DNA of 64,000 nt from Podarcis filfolensis (taxonomy: Eukaryota), in NCBI GenBank assembly GCA_964270895.1, contig OZ185444.1, one strand, 5' to 3'. This document shows positions 25,080 through 38,362 of the stretch, piece after piece (the first letter of the stretch is position 1; every line of letters starts with the position of its first letter). The notes beneath the pieces were generated by a model. That model was not told the DNA's origin and searched no databases. It saw nothing but the letters and a program-made list of their open reading frames with translations. The position numbers and the translations under genes were made by a program.

Positions 25080-26271
25080 GATGTAGAAAACTTTGACATG
25101 GCTGCAATGCAGCCAAATGTGCCCTTGCCCCACCCCCTTTAATCCTTAGCCTTACCTACTACTGCCAAGCAACCCACAGAAAGTACTCCATGTGGGAATG
25201 CAGCTCTCAGACAAAGGTTCCCCGCCTCTCTCCTAGTGGATACTTGCCATGTTGTTTGAGAAATGTAGGAAATGGTGTGACAAGCTATACCAGGCTAGCA
25301 AACGCAGCACCCTCTAGACACTGGTTGATCCCCATCTCCAGTCAGCTCCAGCCAACATGGCCAGTGATGTGAGCAGCAGCTCAGAAACATTTGGGGGACA
25401 CCACTTGCCTATGCTAAAAAAACACCAGTCCTCACTTAGCTATAAACTTGCTGGGTAGGGAACTCACCCACTGTCTCTCAGCCTCAACTCCTCCCTGAAC
25501 AGTAATATGCAGGACAAGCACTCTGGCCTACTTTACTGGCTTGTGGCAAAGATTATTGGGGTAAACTAAGCACTTTGAGTGCTTATGAAAAGTGCTTCCT
25601 CTGCTATGTGTAGGATCCAAACAGGAAGGAAAGTCTCTAAAGTTGAAAACGGAAAGATAAGCACTTAGGTGATTCAATTTGTGCTCAAGAAAGTTTATGA
25701 TAGTCAAGAGGGACAATTACTACAATGGGTACAGGTTTAAGCATAGCTCTCCCTCCCCCTGGGTGGTGCGCTGGTTAAAAGTACATGAGCATTCCCCCCA
25801 GTGAGGACACACAGTAAAAATACATACCTTGGCATTCTTCTGTCACAAGAAAGAAATATGTGTGATGAATGATGCTAGTCAGGAAAGAGCACATTATTAC
25901 TAACTAACTAACTAAATTTACTAGTCACTTTTTTGCCATGGCAACGAAATGTGACTTACAATATTTTAAGGAAACAAACAAACAGACAAACAAACAAACA
26001 AACACATACATACATACATTAAACCCAGCACTTAACAAAATCACCCTCACCAAAAGCCCCTATATAGTTAAAAGCGAAATGAATATTTACACCTGGCACC
26101 AAAAGATATGTAAAGATGGCCCCAGGTGTGCCTCCCCAGGGAGGTGAGGAGCCACCACTGAAAATACCTGTTCTCATGTTGCCACCTTTCAGATCTCCCG
26201 TGGTGGGGGAGAAAGGTATAAATATAGTTATCTGCTTTATAAGGACTCAAACTAATGGTCTACACCAATTG

Positions 26272-26648
26272 AAGGTGGCGCTGTGGTCTAAACCACTGAA
26301 CCTCTTGGGCTTGCCAATTGGAAGGTCAGTGGTTTGAATCCCTGTGACGGGGTGAGTTCCCATTGCTCTGTCCTAGTTCCTGCCAACCTAGCAGTTCGAA
26401 AGCATGCCAGTGCAAGTAGATAAATAGGTACCACTGCGGTGGGAAGGTAAATGACATTTTTGTGCGCCCTGGTTTCCATCACGGTGTTCCGTTGTGCCAG
26501 AAGCAGTTTAGTCATGCTGGCCACATGACCTGGAAAGCTGTCTGTGGACAAATGCCGGCTCCCTCGGCCTGAAGCAAGATGAGTACCGCACCCCATAGTT
26601 GCCCTTGACTAGACTTAACCAGGGGTCCTTTACCTTTATCTTACCTTT
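26272..26648 (+). mobile_element. Sauria SINE, different subfamily (gtggtctaaaccactgaacctcttgggc head)
   Basis: Same body and ACCTTT tail as the other copies, with diagnostic differences in the head and an extra ggtgttccgttg segment. Confidence 0.9.
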
Positions 26649-28589
26649 CAGGATCTTAAAGGGGGAATCTTTGAAGTGGAAGGAAAAGGAAAGTATCTCC
26701 TGCTCAAAACAAAGGCTCTGCAAATGAGAACCAGTTAATTTGTTTGAAATCCTGGCTGCAGTATAAGAACCAGATGCTGCATTTCCCGTTACTTGTCGTT
26801 TCAGTTTATAGAGATTTGCTTTATTTCCTTCAGAATGGTTGTGTGGTTCATATGCAAATTGGACGGATTAGTTGACTAATCAATTGAAATGCACACGAGT
26901 CATCAGCTAAAGCCCTTTACACATGTTTGGAATGTGTTGGCAGAGTGCGCAAAGGTAGACACAGGGTGTCCCGTCATCTCCCCCTGACCTCCATGCCTTG
27001 ATCAGCTCTGTGTACACAGAGCCTGCTTGTCCGCAGCTTTTATGCCTGCCAGCTTTGTGAACTCAGAGCTGATCAACATGTGGAGGTCAGGGACAGGGAT
27101 TCAACATCCCCAAAAGGCTTTGAGGGCTTATGCTTTCTTCAGGGAGCTGACAGTCCGAGTTATGACTGTTTTGCAAAAAATATGTATATACGCAAGTTAT
27201 GTAGTTACGCTGCAGTGGATGGTAATGTTGATCCTTTTCTCTTTTTTGCTTGGTGGCTAGAAGACTGGGCATCTTCTGGTAGGGAGCCGGTGCCTTCTGA
27301 TGGAATCGAAAGTGAGCTGCAGAGAGCAGGGTGCAGCACACTGCAGGGAGACCATGTATTGTAATGTGCACAGAACACTGATTTATTATGGCACCATTCA
27401 AGCATGGGGCTATTACTGCAGGGGGATGGTTGTTTGTTGAATGCATTTGGTGGCTGGGAAGCTCCCAGGAGGCCTTGCTGCATCACCAAGGGAAAAGTTC
27501 ATGCCCTTTCCCTTCTTCTAGGCAGATGCCTCCGTGCATCTGTAAGAAAATGTAGAATATATGGAAGCTAATGGCAATAGAATGTGTGTTGAGCTCAGTG
27601 TGCAGTGCAGAATGCTCTTATATGCTGCCGTGACAGGGTCCAACTGTGTGAGGCCACAGCTCCCGAGGCTCTTCTTACAGGAAAAGTCTTATCTCTGTTT
27701 ACAGGGAAGGATGCCCTGCAACATTTCTCTGATGAAAATAGGGACGTCCCATTCCATAATGATAATTTTATTATTTATACCCCCCACACTCCAGCCACTC
27801 TGGGCAGCCCCGGGCACTGGCAACCCACACTATGCCACTGGGTCATTGAGAGATGGTTGAGACCAGACTGAGCTTGGTGGAGCACTGCCCCATCTGCCCT
27901 AGCAGACCACCCTCTGCTCCTCTGACATCACATTTCCTCAACATGATCAGGAGAGGGTACCTGGCTCTTCCAACACCTCCCCAATATTCCTCTGCATATT
28001 TGAGGTTTTTAGATCTGCTTTTATTTTTCCTGAGTTATTTCTGGAACAGTAAATAGGGGAGGCATAAGCCTTGAGCCTTGTGAAGTAGTTAGCTTAATCA
28101 TCAGAGCTTGTTTTGGCAGAAAGCTGCTTACAAGCCCAGCTTGCAAAGGGGAGAGGAATCCATAAATAGTTGGGGGAGGAAAAGGGATAGGACAGCCCGC
28201 GTAACACAGCTGGAAGCAGGTGGCAGAAATCCCACATCTTTGACGCAGAATGGGTGCAGTTAACTTCTCCAGGGGCCTTTAGACCAACGTAAATGTTTAG
28301 CTGCAAGAAGATGAAGCTAAATTAAACTCTTGCCCTTTACTCGGTCCCTTCCTCTTTCCATTGCCAAAGACTTGTTCTCCTCCTCCTTGAAACTTCATTA
28401 AGGAAATGCCTGATTCTCAAAGGAGAGCTGAATAAAGCATTATTATTATTAATCATCCTTATTAGGACCATTTATTTGATTTCTTACCTGCCCTTCCCAG
28501 GGTGGGTTACAACTTCAAAACAATACAAGTTTAAAAAACAGTTTAAACAATTTACAGTCAATAACAGTATGCATGCTATGATATGCAAA

Positions 28590-28915
28590 TCTCAGTTTTG
28601 GTCTCTCGTAGCCTCTCATTTTTCCAATCTTAGGTTCAGTTCTTCACATTCTCAATTTTCTTTCTTTCTTTTTTTAAAAAAGGCCCTCATGAAAATTAAT
28701 TAGAATTTGTGTGTAATCCCCCTCTTGCAAACACATTTTTGCAAAGCAATTTTCCCTAGTATAATGCATTTTCATGAATATATGCACTTAAATGCACACT
28801 TTGTGCATTTTGGGTACACATTACTTGACTGAAGAATTGCATTGCAACATTCAAAGCAGTGTGAATGTTGGTTTGTGTCTTGTTTGGGAAAGCATGAATT
28901 AGGCTTGTCTTTAAA
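28590..28915 (-). mobile_element. Remnant of the hAT family seen at 8491-9484
   Basis: Reverse-complement similarity to 9085-9470 (ttttccaatcttaggttcagttc...cacattacttgactgaagaattgcattgc). Confidence 0.55.
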
Positions 28916-29134
28916 TGCAAACTGAAGCACATTTCTCCTCCATCCCTGTATCTCGAGTGTCAAAGAGCACCTGGGAGATGGTAGGGAGAAGGGCAACATT
29001 GTGCTGGTGAGCTCTTCCCAACACTGTGGTCCTGATGAAAGTAGCTCCTTCACCAAAGCTGCTATTACCTGCCCCAGGAGTGAATCTTCCATCAGCACTA
29101 CACAGTTAATAGAAAGATAATCTTTATCAGGGTT

Positions 29135-29135
<1 letters not shown>

Positions 29136-29180
<45 letters not shown>
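29136..29180. repeat. (TG)n microsatellite
   Basis: Direct reading. Confidence 0.95.
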
Positions 29181-29183
<3 letters not shown>

Positions 29184-30134
29184 AGTTAAACCTCCTTCCT
29201 CCCACACTGTAGTCCAAATCTAGATCAGCACCCAACCATGGCTGTTACTACGTCCCCATCTGCACTATTCCCCAACCAGAGTGGTTTAAACTATCAATCC
29301 TTCTTCCCAGAGAACTCTGGGAATTGTAGCTCTGTGAGAGGAATAGGGATTTCCTGATAAGACGCAGCACCCTTAGCAAACTACACTCTCTAGGGTTCTT
29401 TGGGGGAAGCCATGACTGTTTAAAGTGCCTTTGATGCATAGTGAGGATGGGGTCTCAGAAGAAAAAAGGGAGACACGTTCACTGCAGTCGCACCAGTTTG
29501 ACATCACATTTAATTTAGCCCCTCGACTCTCATTTCATTGGGCTGGATTTCAACAAGTGGTCTGAAGTTCAAATCTCTGCATTGGCCATTCACATCCTGG
29601 GGCCTTTGGCAAGCAGATGGAGCAAGAGGTCCACTGGTTCCTTTTGATGATTAGGTGTTGTCAGCCTGGATCTACAGCCAGCCTTTCAATTCCCATGGGA
29701 ATGTAGCCCTGATCTCCTTCCATTGCTTGGATTTACAGATCAGAGATTCACGGTAACCAGCTCTGCTGCTCTGGGACTCAGGAGGAAACCTTCAGACTAA
29801 CTGCTTGGCTGAAGCTTTAATTTGCTCATCATCTTTGGCTGATGTGATTAGCAGCCAGGGCTAATTACCTGCAGAAACTCTCCCCTCGCTCTTCTCCTAA
29901 CACACACTCCAGAGAAGCAGCTTTGTGCCTCTTGTGGAGGAGAAGCATATTTAAATGACAGGGCTGGATGATGGCTGAGTTCACATAAAGAGCTCCCCTG
30001 CTTACACACCGCTTTGGATTCTTTGATTGCTTCTTTGATTGCAGAAATGAACATTTGAAGGGTGCTTTCAATTTGCCATGCCTGAATTCCATACTTCAGA
30101 TGTACCTTTGGAATTTTTAAAAATAGTCATTTTC

Positions 30135-30468
30135 AAATATCTTAAGGGCTGTCACATGGAAGAGGGAACATGCTTGTTTTCTCCTGCTCTGGAGGGTAGG
30201 ACTCGAACCAATGGCTTCAAGATACAAGAAAGGAGATTCTGACGAAACATCAGGAAGAACCTTGGAACAGTAAGAGCTGTTTGACAGGGGAATGGTCTCC
30301 CTGGGGGAGGTTGTGGACTCTCCCTCATTGGAGGTTTTTCAGCAGAGGTTTGATGGCCATCTGTCATGGATGCTTTAGCTGAGATTCCTGCATTGCAACG
30401 GGTTGGGCTAGATGAACCTTGGGGTCCCTTGGGGTCCCTTCCAACTCTAAGGTTATATGATTCCGTGA
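30135..30468 (+). mobile_element. CR1 LINE 3' end
   Basis: Typical CR1 3' sequence: gagggtaggactcgaaccaatggcttcaag...ttgtggactctccctcattggaggttttt...cccttccaactcta..ttatatgattc. Confidence 0.85.
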
Positions 30469-30484
30469 TCCATCTTATCTAATA

Positions 30485-30739
30485 CAGTGGTACCTCTGGT
30501 TGCGAATGGGATCTGTTCCGGAGCCCCGTTCGCAACACGAGCAGAACGCAACCCACTTCTGTACATCTGCACATGCATGGGTCATGATTTGCTGCTTCTG
30601 CGCATGCACGTGACATCATTTTGAGCGTCTGCACATGCGTGAGTGGCGAAACCCGGAAGTAACCCGGTACTTCCAGGTCGACGCGGGACGCAACTTTTAA
30701 AGATTTAACCTGAAGCAAACGTAACAAGAGGTATGACTG
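30485..30739. mobile_element. Tc1/mariner (Tigger-like) MITE, related subfamily
   Basis: Left TIR TA-CAGTGGTACCTCTGGTT; decayed right TIR GTAACAAGAGGTATGACTG; CpG-rich core. Confidence 0.7.
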
Positions 30740-31878
30740 GATTTCACACATCATGCCAAACTCGTTGCCCCCTTTCCCCCTTTTTACATGTGAGACAAGA
30801 AACATGTGCCTGTTTCTTGCTTTTGCGGGGATCCCTCGTGACATGATGCTGTGTCCAAGGACAAGTTAAAACAGAGGTTATAATTAACTACATTTTCCCT
30901 CTCCACCCCTTTCTTTTTCACAAGTATTGAGTCACTTTTTACAGATACAGTTGTAAGAACTCAAAATAGAAGATACAGACTAGAAGTTTGTATCTAGTAG
31001 ATTGAAGAACTTTTTAATTCATTCCAATGCAGCCTTCCTCAGCTGGTTCCCCTACAGATATTTTGGACCACAACTCCTTTCATCCTTGAACATTGGTCAT
31101 GCCGGTTGAGATTGAGGGCCAAAACACCTGAAGAGAACTAGGTTGAGGGAGGCTGGTCTGGAAGAGTCCTCTTCATAGAAACTAGCAGATAACTTCCTTG
31201 GTAAATTCGCTCAGGTAATGGTTGCATGAGCACTGATGCCTTATTTGAGTATATCTACTCATGAATAAGTTCCTTTATGAAAAGAGTGGGCTGACCAACC
31301 TTCACGATTTAGCACGATCAACATATGCACCTTTATGAATTGTATTTTCATGTGACAACAAGTTGATAGCATATATGGGTATAAATCTGACAATTGATAT
31401 TTTTATCACTTTATGATCATTTTATGATCCCTCTGCCCCTCTGTGTATTTTGTACAGAGATTATACATTTGAGTCAGTAAAACTGGTAACTTTATGCTGC
31501 TTAGGGTGGGGATGTCCTGTTTGTTTGCTTTCATACATTCCAAGTCTTTGATTTGGGACTTCCTATCCTCTTGTCACTGTTGCCTTGAGGATTCTGTGAC
31601 CACAAGAGAACAGGGTCATGTGAATCCTGTGCGTCTGAACTTCCTATGAAGTCTTGCCTCACCACACCAAGCACGATCATTTTGGAGTTGTTCTCTAACA
31701 TCATTAAGGAATTAGCACAATCCTATTTGTGTTAACGCAAAAGTCAGCCTCACTGTGTCCACTGGGAATTTATCCCAAGTAGAATATGCATAGGACTGCA
31801 TATGCATGTCAACTTAGAAGTAAGTTTCATTGAATTCAGTGGGTCAACTTCTAGGAAAGGGTATATTTCTTGATACAC

Positions 31879-31924
<46 letters not shown>

Positions 31925-32085
31925 TTATATACCTTTGTGTTTTCCAACAGTTTCTCAAGGTAGTAGAGAATGCTAAAATATAGAACATCATTTTTAAAAA
32001 ACCCAATACTAAACAATGATTAAAATGTGTGGCTAGTAAAAAAAAAAAAAAAAAGCTGCAAACTGCTCCATATTTCATTAGGTGC

Positions 32086-32128
<43 letters not shown>
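32086..32128. repeat. (GATA)n microsatellite
   Basis: Direct reading. Confidence 0.95.
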
Positions 32129-32133
32129 CAGAG

Positions 32134-32335
32134 TCATGTAGGGATTAGAATGTCAGACTAGGACCTGGGAGATCAGGGTTCAAATCTCCAGGGGTCATGA
32201 ATCCCACCGGGCGATCTTGGACATTTCATAGTCCCTCAGCCTAATCTACCTCACAGGTAGAGGAAAGGGAGAACTTTGTACTCCACCTTAAGCTCCTTGG
32301 AGAAAATAGTGGAATATTACTGTAATAAATAAAGT
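32134..32335 (+). mobile_element. MIR/CORE-like SINE remnant
   Basis: tRNA-like gggttcaaatc box, ctcagcctaatctacctcacagg core, L2-like tail ending aataaataaa. Confidence 0.55.
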
Positions 32336-33126
32336 AGTGGTGCAAGTTAGTTTCACTTTGAAAATGTGAAACAGCAATAATTCTGTTGAAATCTTTTTGT
32401 CTGCTGAAAAATAAGCCATTTGACAATTTTTGCCACAATTTTGACTTCCAGCTGTTGCTCTCTTTTCCCCTCCCCCGTTTTTGGGTTCTGTAGGTTTGTT
32501 TTATTGCAGCTGATCCTGACTTGAAAACAGTTTCAATCAAAAATGAAACCACTGAGAAAGGAGGAAAGAAAAGGAGTTCAGAAAAAGAACAAAGATGGCC
32601 CTTTTTAATAACATGAGGATGACACCGTTGCACCACGGTGCATGTTATGATGGCAGAATTTAATTAAATCAACATACAAGTGAAAACTAATCATAACACC
32701 ATTTATTTTTAGACAGAGGCAATCACCCACTGAGAGTCATAGAACACCTTGATGTGAGAGGAGAGGCAGGCTAGATAATGTAGTGTTTGGCACACAACTT
32801 TCCATATAGGTGAAAGAAGCTTTAGCAAGGGAATAAAAAATAAGGCATGGGCTGGAATGTAGCTATTCTCACAGTGACACATGTGGGTGGGTGAGTGCAG
32901 CAGAGCACTCAGAAAAGCACATGCTGAACTAGAATCCTAACCTAAACTATACGAATTAAAGCTGCATTTTGTAACTGGAAGTTGTGGAGCAGTGCTCTTC
33001 CATCTTGGAGTCCCATCAGATGTTATTGGACTGCAACTTCCATCATCTCCCAGCAAGCTTAATCAAGTGGTTGGGGATGATGGGAGTTGTAGTCTGACAA
33101 CATCTGGATACTCAAGAACACTGCTG

Positions 33127-33135
<9 letters not shown>

Positions 33136-33190
<55 letters not shown>
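33136..33190. repeat. (AG)n microsatellite
   Basis: Direct reading. Confidence 0.95.
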
Positions 33191-33194
<4 letters not shown>

Positions 33195-33470
33195 TTGAAC
33201 ACTGAAAATGAAGAATGCAGCAATAAAGCAGAAACTTACAGAAGAAGAAGATTTGAAATTTGAAGCTGGGTCCAAATTCATTCATGAAGGCTATCCTTGG
33301 GAAAATAACTTTTTACCTGAGAAAGCTATTGTGAAGATACTCAGTGCTCACGATTGCTGGAACTCCTGGGTAGAGGGGTGATTATAATTGTAATACTTTT
33401 TGGTACACGAGAACCCAGTGGTAAGCATATACTTTCATACCACTCTCATACAGTGCAAAAGAGAAGGGAG

Positions 33471-34079
33471 CATAGCTGTCAAGTGTCCCTTATTTGAAGG
33501 GACAGTCCCTTATTCCAGCGCCATGTCCCGCTGCTGTCCCTTATTGATGGATGTCCCTTAAATGTCCCTTAAATGATGTCCCTTAAATTTGAAAGGAAGC
33601 AGCTCCTCTCTCTCCCTCCCTCCCTCCCTGTCGGCCAGGGAGGAGGGAGGCTCCAACTGTGTTGCTTGGCTGTGTTGCTCACCCAATAAGAAGTCTAAGA
33701 ACAACTGGGGGGTGGAGCTTGCATGCCTTGTGTGTGGCTAGTTAATGCAAGCTGAGGGGGGGTTTGAATGCTGGACGCCATTTTGTTGCACGTGCTGCTG
33801 CAAACTTTGCAGTGCAAAGCCAGGCCAGGGAGCCATCTTAAGTTGAGGCAGCATAGGCCTTGTGGTGCATGTGATTCAGATTCTATTCAGTTGAACCTCT
33901 GGTTACAAAGTTGGTTGGACAGTGTTCTTGAAGCTACCAGCATGAGTTTGACCAGACTGCAGGAGGACAGGAAGACTGGAGTGCCTGGAACAGGTGGGGC
34001 TGCAGGTCCCTTATTTTGGCTGCTGGTCCCTTATTTTCAAGGCTGCTGGTCCCTTATTTTCAAATCTGTGACAGCTATG
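33471..34079. mobile_element. Non-autonomous hAT element
   Basis: Ends CATAGCTGTCA / TGACAGCTATG; perfect 8-bp TSD GAAGGGAG (33463-33470, 34080-34087); subterminal repeats gtcccttatttt and atgtcccttaa. Confidence 0.85.
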
Positions 34080-34824
34080 GAAGGGAGCAACATGCTAGTC
34101 CCATCGTAAATGGTCCATTTGGTATCTACTCAGCTGGAAACCCTCTCTCTCCTAATAAACCAGTGCTCTCACCCATTCACTCGATCTGCACACCAGATGA
34201 AATGGACTTGATATCAATTTAAGCCTTGCTGCTGAGAGAGGGTAATGAAACAATGTGAGAGAGGAAGGAGAGGGATTGAACGAGTCTGGTCTTTCAGCGA
34301 AGATAACAATAGGTTAATGCAAAAAGAGAAGAGCTCCTTGTTTTAATTAAGACTCTCTCCCAGTCCCCAAGGACTTCTGCACGATGGCTGCATTACCAGA
34401 TGTCCTGATTCCTTGGCTGCCATCCCATTCCGCACAATATCAAGCCATGATGTTTGAAATGCCCTATTGTCTCTCTCTCTCTTTCTCTTTTTGCGAGATC
34501 AGCAATAGCAGAATTAGCACAACACTCAGCCTGTGTCCCCCGATAGTGGCTTGGTTGCAGGAAGTAACCGGAAAGGCAGAAGGTTTAAGATTTGGTTTCA
34601 CTGTAGCAGGGAGGATAAAGATGTAGGGAGAAGCAATGTATGTAGCCAGAAACCAGTGTGCTACTCACACAGAAACTCTGTGGATTAGTAGATTTCCCCT
34701 TGCTCCATTGGTTCCCTCTGCCCCAGAACTCTGTATGCTATCCATTTTAATTTGGGGAATTTCTGCAATTAATGTTGGAGTGGACACTTTATCCACCAAT
34801 ACTTCTCCCTACAGTTTATTAATA

Positions 34825-35049
34825 CAGTGGTACCTTGGGTTACATACGCTTCAGGTTACAGACTCCGCTAACCCAGAGATAGTACCTCGGGTTAAGAACT
34901 TTGCTTCAGGATGAGAACAGAAATTGTGTGGCGGCGGCGTGGCGGCAGCGGGAGACCCCATTAGCTAAAGTGGTCTTCAGGTTAAGAACAGTTTCAGGTT
35001 AAGAACGGACCTCCGGAACGAATTATGTTCTTAACCCGAGGTACCACTG
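34825..35049. mobile_element. Tc1/mariner (Tigger-like) MITE
   Basis: TA-flanked TIRs CAGTGGTACCTTGGGTTA / TAACCCGAGGTACCACTG; near reverse complement of 265-490. Confidence 0.9.
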
Positions 35050-35547
35050 TAAACACCAGCACAGAGCATACCAATGCCGAGAATGACATCCCAAAGAGGC
35101 ATCTTGATGTGCACACAATTGCGTCAGGAGTCCTTCTTTCTGCTCTGATTTAATCGATACACATGTGTTAGCAAAGTCCCTTAAATAATGCAGACAGAGT
35201 CCAGAGAGAAAACAAATCCTGATAACACTCGAGTAAGCAAACTGAACAAAAACAGTATATAATTTGAGGAGAAACAAGCAGAGAGGATTTGCCTCTCTTC
35301 ATTCAGGCCTTGCACATGGAAGGAAGACCTCCTTCAGAACTGCAAAAGTCAGTCAGAGCATGTGCTCCCTCAGGGAAGATCATGCCACTCTGCTTGGTTG
35401 CCAAGCAACACCTCCCACTCTTGCTTAGTTGCCTTGAACACTAACAGAATTAACCCTTGAATTTCAAACCTGTGTTGCACTTCCCACAGTAGACACATCC
35501 ATGATCTATGCTCACTTGTACATGGATTCAGTTGCTGCATCAAAAGG

Positions 35548-35574
35548 ATAATAATAATAGTAATAGTAATAGTA

Positions 35575-35627
<53 letters not shown>

Positions 35628-35752
35628 TTATTTATACCCCGCCCATCTGCCTGGGTTTGCCCAGCCACTCTGGGCGGCTTCCAACAAAATATTAAAATAC
35701 AGTAGTCCTTCAGATATTAAAAGCTTCCCTAAACAGGGCTGCCTTCAGATGT
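35548..35752 (-). mobile_element. L2-clade LINE extreme 3' end with expanded (AAT)/(AATAGT) tail
   Basis: Microsatellite tail 35548-35627, then ataccccgcccatctg...gggctgccttcagatgt as in the other L2 copies. Confidence 0.75.
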
Positions 35753-36416
35753 GATTGTGTGCTCACATCCCGACAGGTATTATGTGTGTTTGAATTAGGA
35801 CATCCACAACGACATGATATTTTTGGTTGACCTAATAAAGGTATTGCAAACAGGAATGAGATGAACTGGACCCCATATGCTTGGATCCTGTGAATGCCTG
35901 GCTATCAAGGCTGCTTCCTTCCCCCTCTGTTCCAGTGGCCCACTTACTTACCTTGGTGTTGTGGAGGGGGAATCCCAAGGTGCACATCTTCAGGATTCCC
36001 CACAAGCAGGAGCAATAGCTTCATCTGCCAGAGTACCTGAGATTAGCATGGAGGAAGTAAGAAGGAATAAGGAAAATAAGAATGCAGAGTGGAGCTTCCC
36101 AAACTACGGTCTGTGGACCACCAGTTGTCTGTAAGCTTCATTCAGGTGGTACATGGGATTGTCCATATTAAATATTCATATTGATTTGGAATTATATTTT
36201 AATTTTTCTCCCACAGAATGAAAATTGTAATGCAATTAAAATAAAAGAAGGAACAAAAATACAATTTAAAAAACTGTATAGCATCTGGCACAGCATATTA
36301 CAATTGCTACAACAGGCAGAAAAAGCAGTAAGTGGTCTGCCAAGACTACCAGCAATTTTCAAATAGTAAGTGAGGGGAAAAGTTTGGGAACCATTGATGC
36401 AGAGATGAGACACATC

Positions 36417-36552
36417 CAGGGCTTTTTTTCAGCCAGAACTCACAGGAACTCAGTTCCGGCACCTCTCAGGTGGGCGCCATTGCCATTATGAGAGAACAAG
36501 GAAGGCGTTCGTGGTGAGTTCTGGCACCTCTTTTTCTAGAAAAATAGCACTG
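36417..36552. mobile_element. hAT MITE
   Basis: Ends CAGGGCTTTTTTT / AAAAATAGCACTG; perfect 8-bp TSD GACACATC (36409-36416, 36553-36560). Confidence 0.9.
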
Positions 36553-37242
36553 GACACATCTTTCCTTTTCTTTGATGGGCTCCCTGCTTCTGACTAGCCT
36601 TTTCAATAGCAGCCCTTCCTTGCAAGATGGTTTGCATTTCTTAAAGGGAAAGCCTCCATTTCAGCAGGCTGAGGGGCTCCAGCTGTTTGGCAAGTTGAAC
36701 AACTTATGCAGTCAGAAGTAAGGGCCACTGAGTTCAATAGAGCTTACTTACAGGGAACTATATATGCAGGATTGCAGCTATATTTATCCAAATAAATTGA
36801 TTCTTATTCTATATAGTGCTGCTGCTTGTGTGTGTGTGTGTGTGTGTGTGTGTTTCTTTGTGTATGTATAGCAACAGATTTGCCTGATGCTACCTGCCTT
36901 TTTAAGCTCTTGGGGACGTGCCAATGTTCTTCTGCAGATCTGCTCATGCTCTCCCACTGCTCTCAATTTTGTCCTGCAGCAGAACTGAGTATCCTCCAAA
37001 CTGCAAACAGGAGGTATTTGCTGAGCAAGAGGATGAATGGACACCACCAGAGGTTCTGTGGTTTTTTTCAGGGTTTCTCCCCCCCCCCCCCAGATTGAGT
37101 TAAAACAACAACGTTCAGTTATCAGCGAAGCCTCAGCTGTGTGCGATTTATACTTCTCTGCAAACTGCAACTGTGATTAATGTGCCGCTAGCTCCAAGTT
37201 GGGGGACTGGGGAAAGAATTACTTTTCAGCATTCAAGCTTTG

Positions 37243-37243
37243 C

Positions 37244-37285
<42 letters not shown>
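37243..37285. repeat. (CA)n microsatellite
   Basis: Direct reading. Confidence 0.9.
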
Positions 37286-37286
<1 letters not shown>

Positions 37287-37659
37287 CCAATGGCTTTCTT
37301 TGGTACCTCTGTGTGACTTTTCAGGTCTCATCCCAAGCTGCTTCTACAGATGGTTGAGATTTAGACTCATATTTGTACTGTGGTTTGTTTTCCAGGAAAG
37401 CTCCTTTGCTAGGACTGCTAGCATAATAATATATATCCGTGTGGCTCTCAGGTTTCCTTTCACTTAACATGGCTAAATTTCTACCTACACACACGGAAGG
37501 AAGATGCTGCCAATTGGAGATTTCTCCCTGTGGGCAAAGGGTTAAATCTATAGGTGCGCTGAGTCTTGACCAAGGAATAAGGAGCTGGGGCTCAAGAGCT
37601 GGGCTACAACTCCACTGGCCACAAATAAGGCCCGCAACAAAATTTTACAGCGCAGAGGG

Positions 37660-37860
37660 CATTTATTCATTTATCATTCCCCTTATATCCTGCTTTTCCT
37701 CCAAAGAGTTCAAGGTGGCAAATATGGCTCTCTATCCTATCCATTTTATCCCCCCAAACCACCCTGTGAGGTAGGTTAGGCTGAAAGCTTGTGACAGACC
37801 CAGCGAGTTTCATGGCCAAGTGGGAATTTGAACACTGGCCTCCCCACTCCTACAACCTTT
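37660..37860 (-). mobile_element. MIR/CORE-like SINE remnant
   Basis: Antisense counterpart of 32134-32335 (accaccctgtgaggtaggttaggctga...gggaatttgaacac). Confidence 0.55.
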
Positions 37861-37925
37861 CATTGTATTTTGTTTTTCCATGCAAAAGTCTTTGCCACCC
37901 TGGGCTCCTTTGGGAGGAAGGGTGG

Positions 37926-38362
37926 TGTAATGGTTATATGGGGTTGCTCGTGCGTAAGTTGCCGCCACTCTTGGCGAGGTTGCTTGGTTAAACCTTTTCC
38001 TGGCTGGACAGCCCTTCACTTCGTGGCTGTTTCAGTCGCTAGCAGAATCCGTCAGTGGGCGTTTCTTGAACTTCTTCCAGCAAAGAAGTTCTTTGACGCC
38101 AAGTCTACGCCTACTTTCCCTGCGCGGAAGTCTTCTGCGCAGGGTGGGTGTGGGTAGCGGAGGACCTGTGCTCTCCCCGCTGGTCTCCGGCGAAGAGTCC
38201 TGGAGCCCCCTCTCCGATTCCCCCATCCGCCCCCCTTTATCCCTGGTGTTACGCTGATTTCCTTCCCCAGCCGATGAGTCCCCTCTCTCCCTGCTGGGCC
38301 CTTCTCCGGCATCGCTTGGGAGCCTTGCCTCCACTCCTGGCTCCGATGTCAGTTCCCTGACA
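37926..38362. mobile_element. Solo LTR (probably Ty3/Gypsy type), 437 bp
   Basis: Starts TGTAATGG, ends CCCTGACA (TGT...ACA). Perfect 5-bp TSD GGTGG (37921-37925, 38363-38367). Removing it restores a LINE-tail-like gggaggaagGGTGGgatacaaatttaataa. About 24 CpG by hand count. Confidence 0.8.

Noticed and set aside
25932-25945. Near-perfect RFX X-box TTTGCCATGGCAAC
   Set aside because: Sits in what looks like an antisense LINE-tail remnant next to a (TAAC)n repeat; no supporting context.
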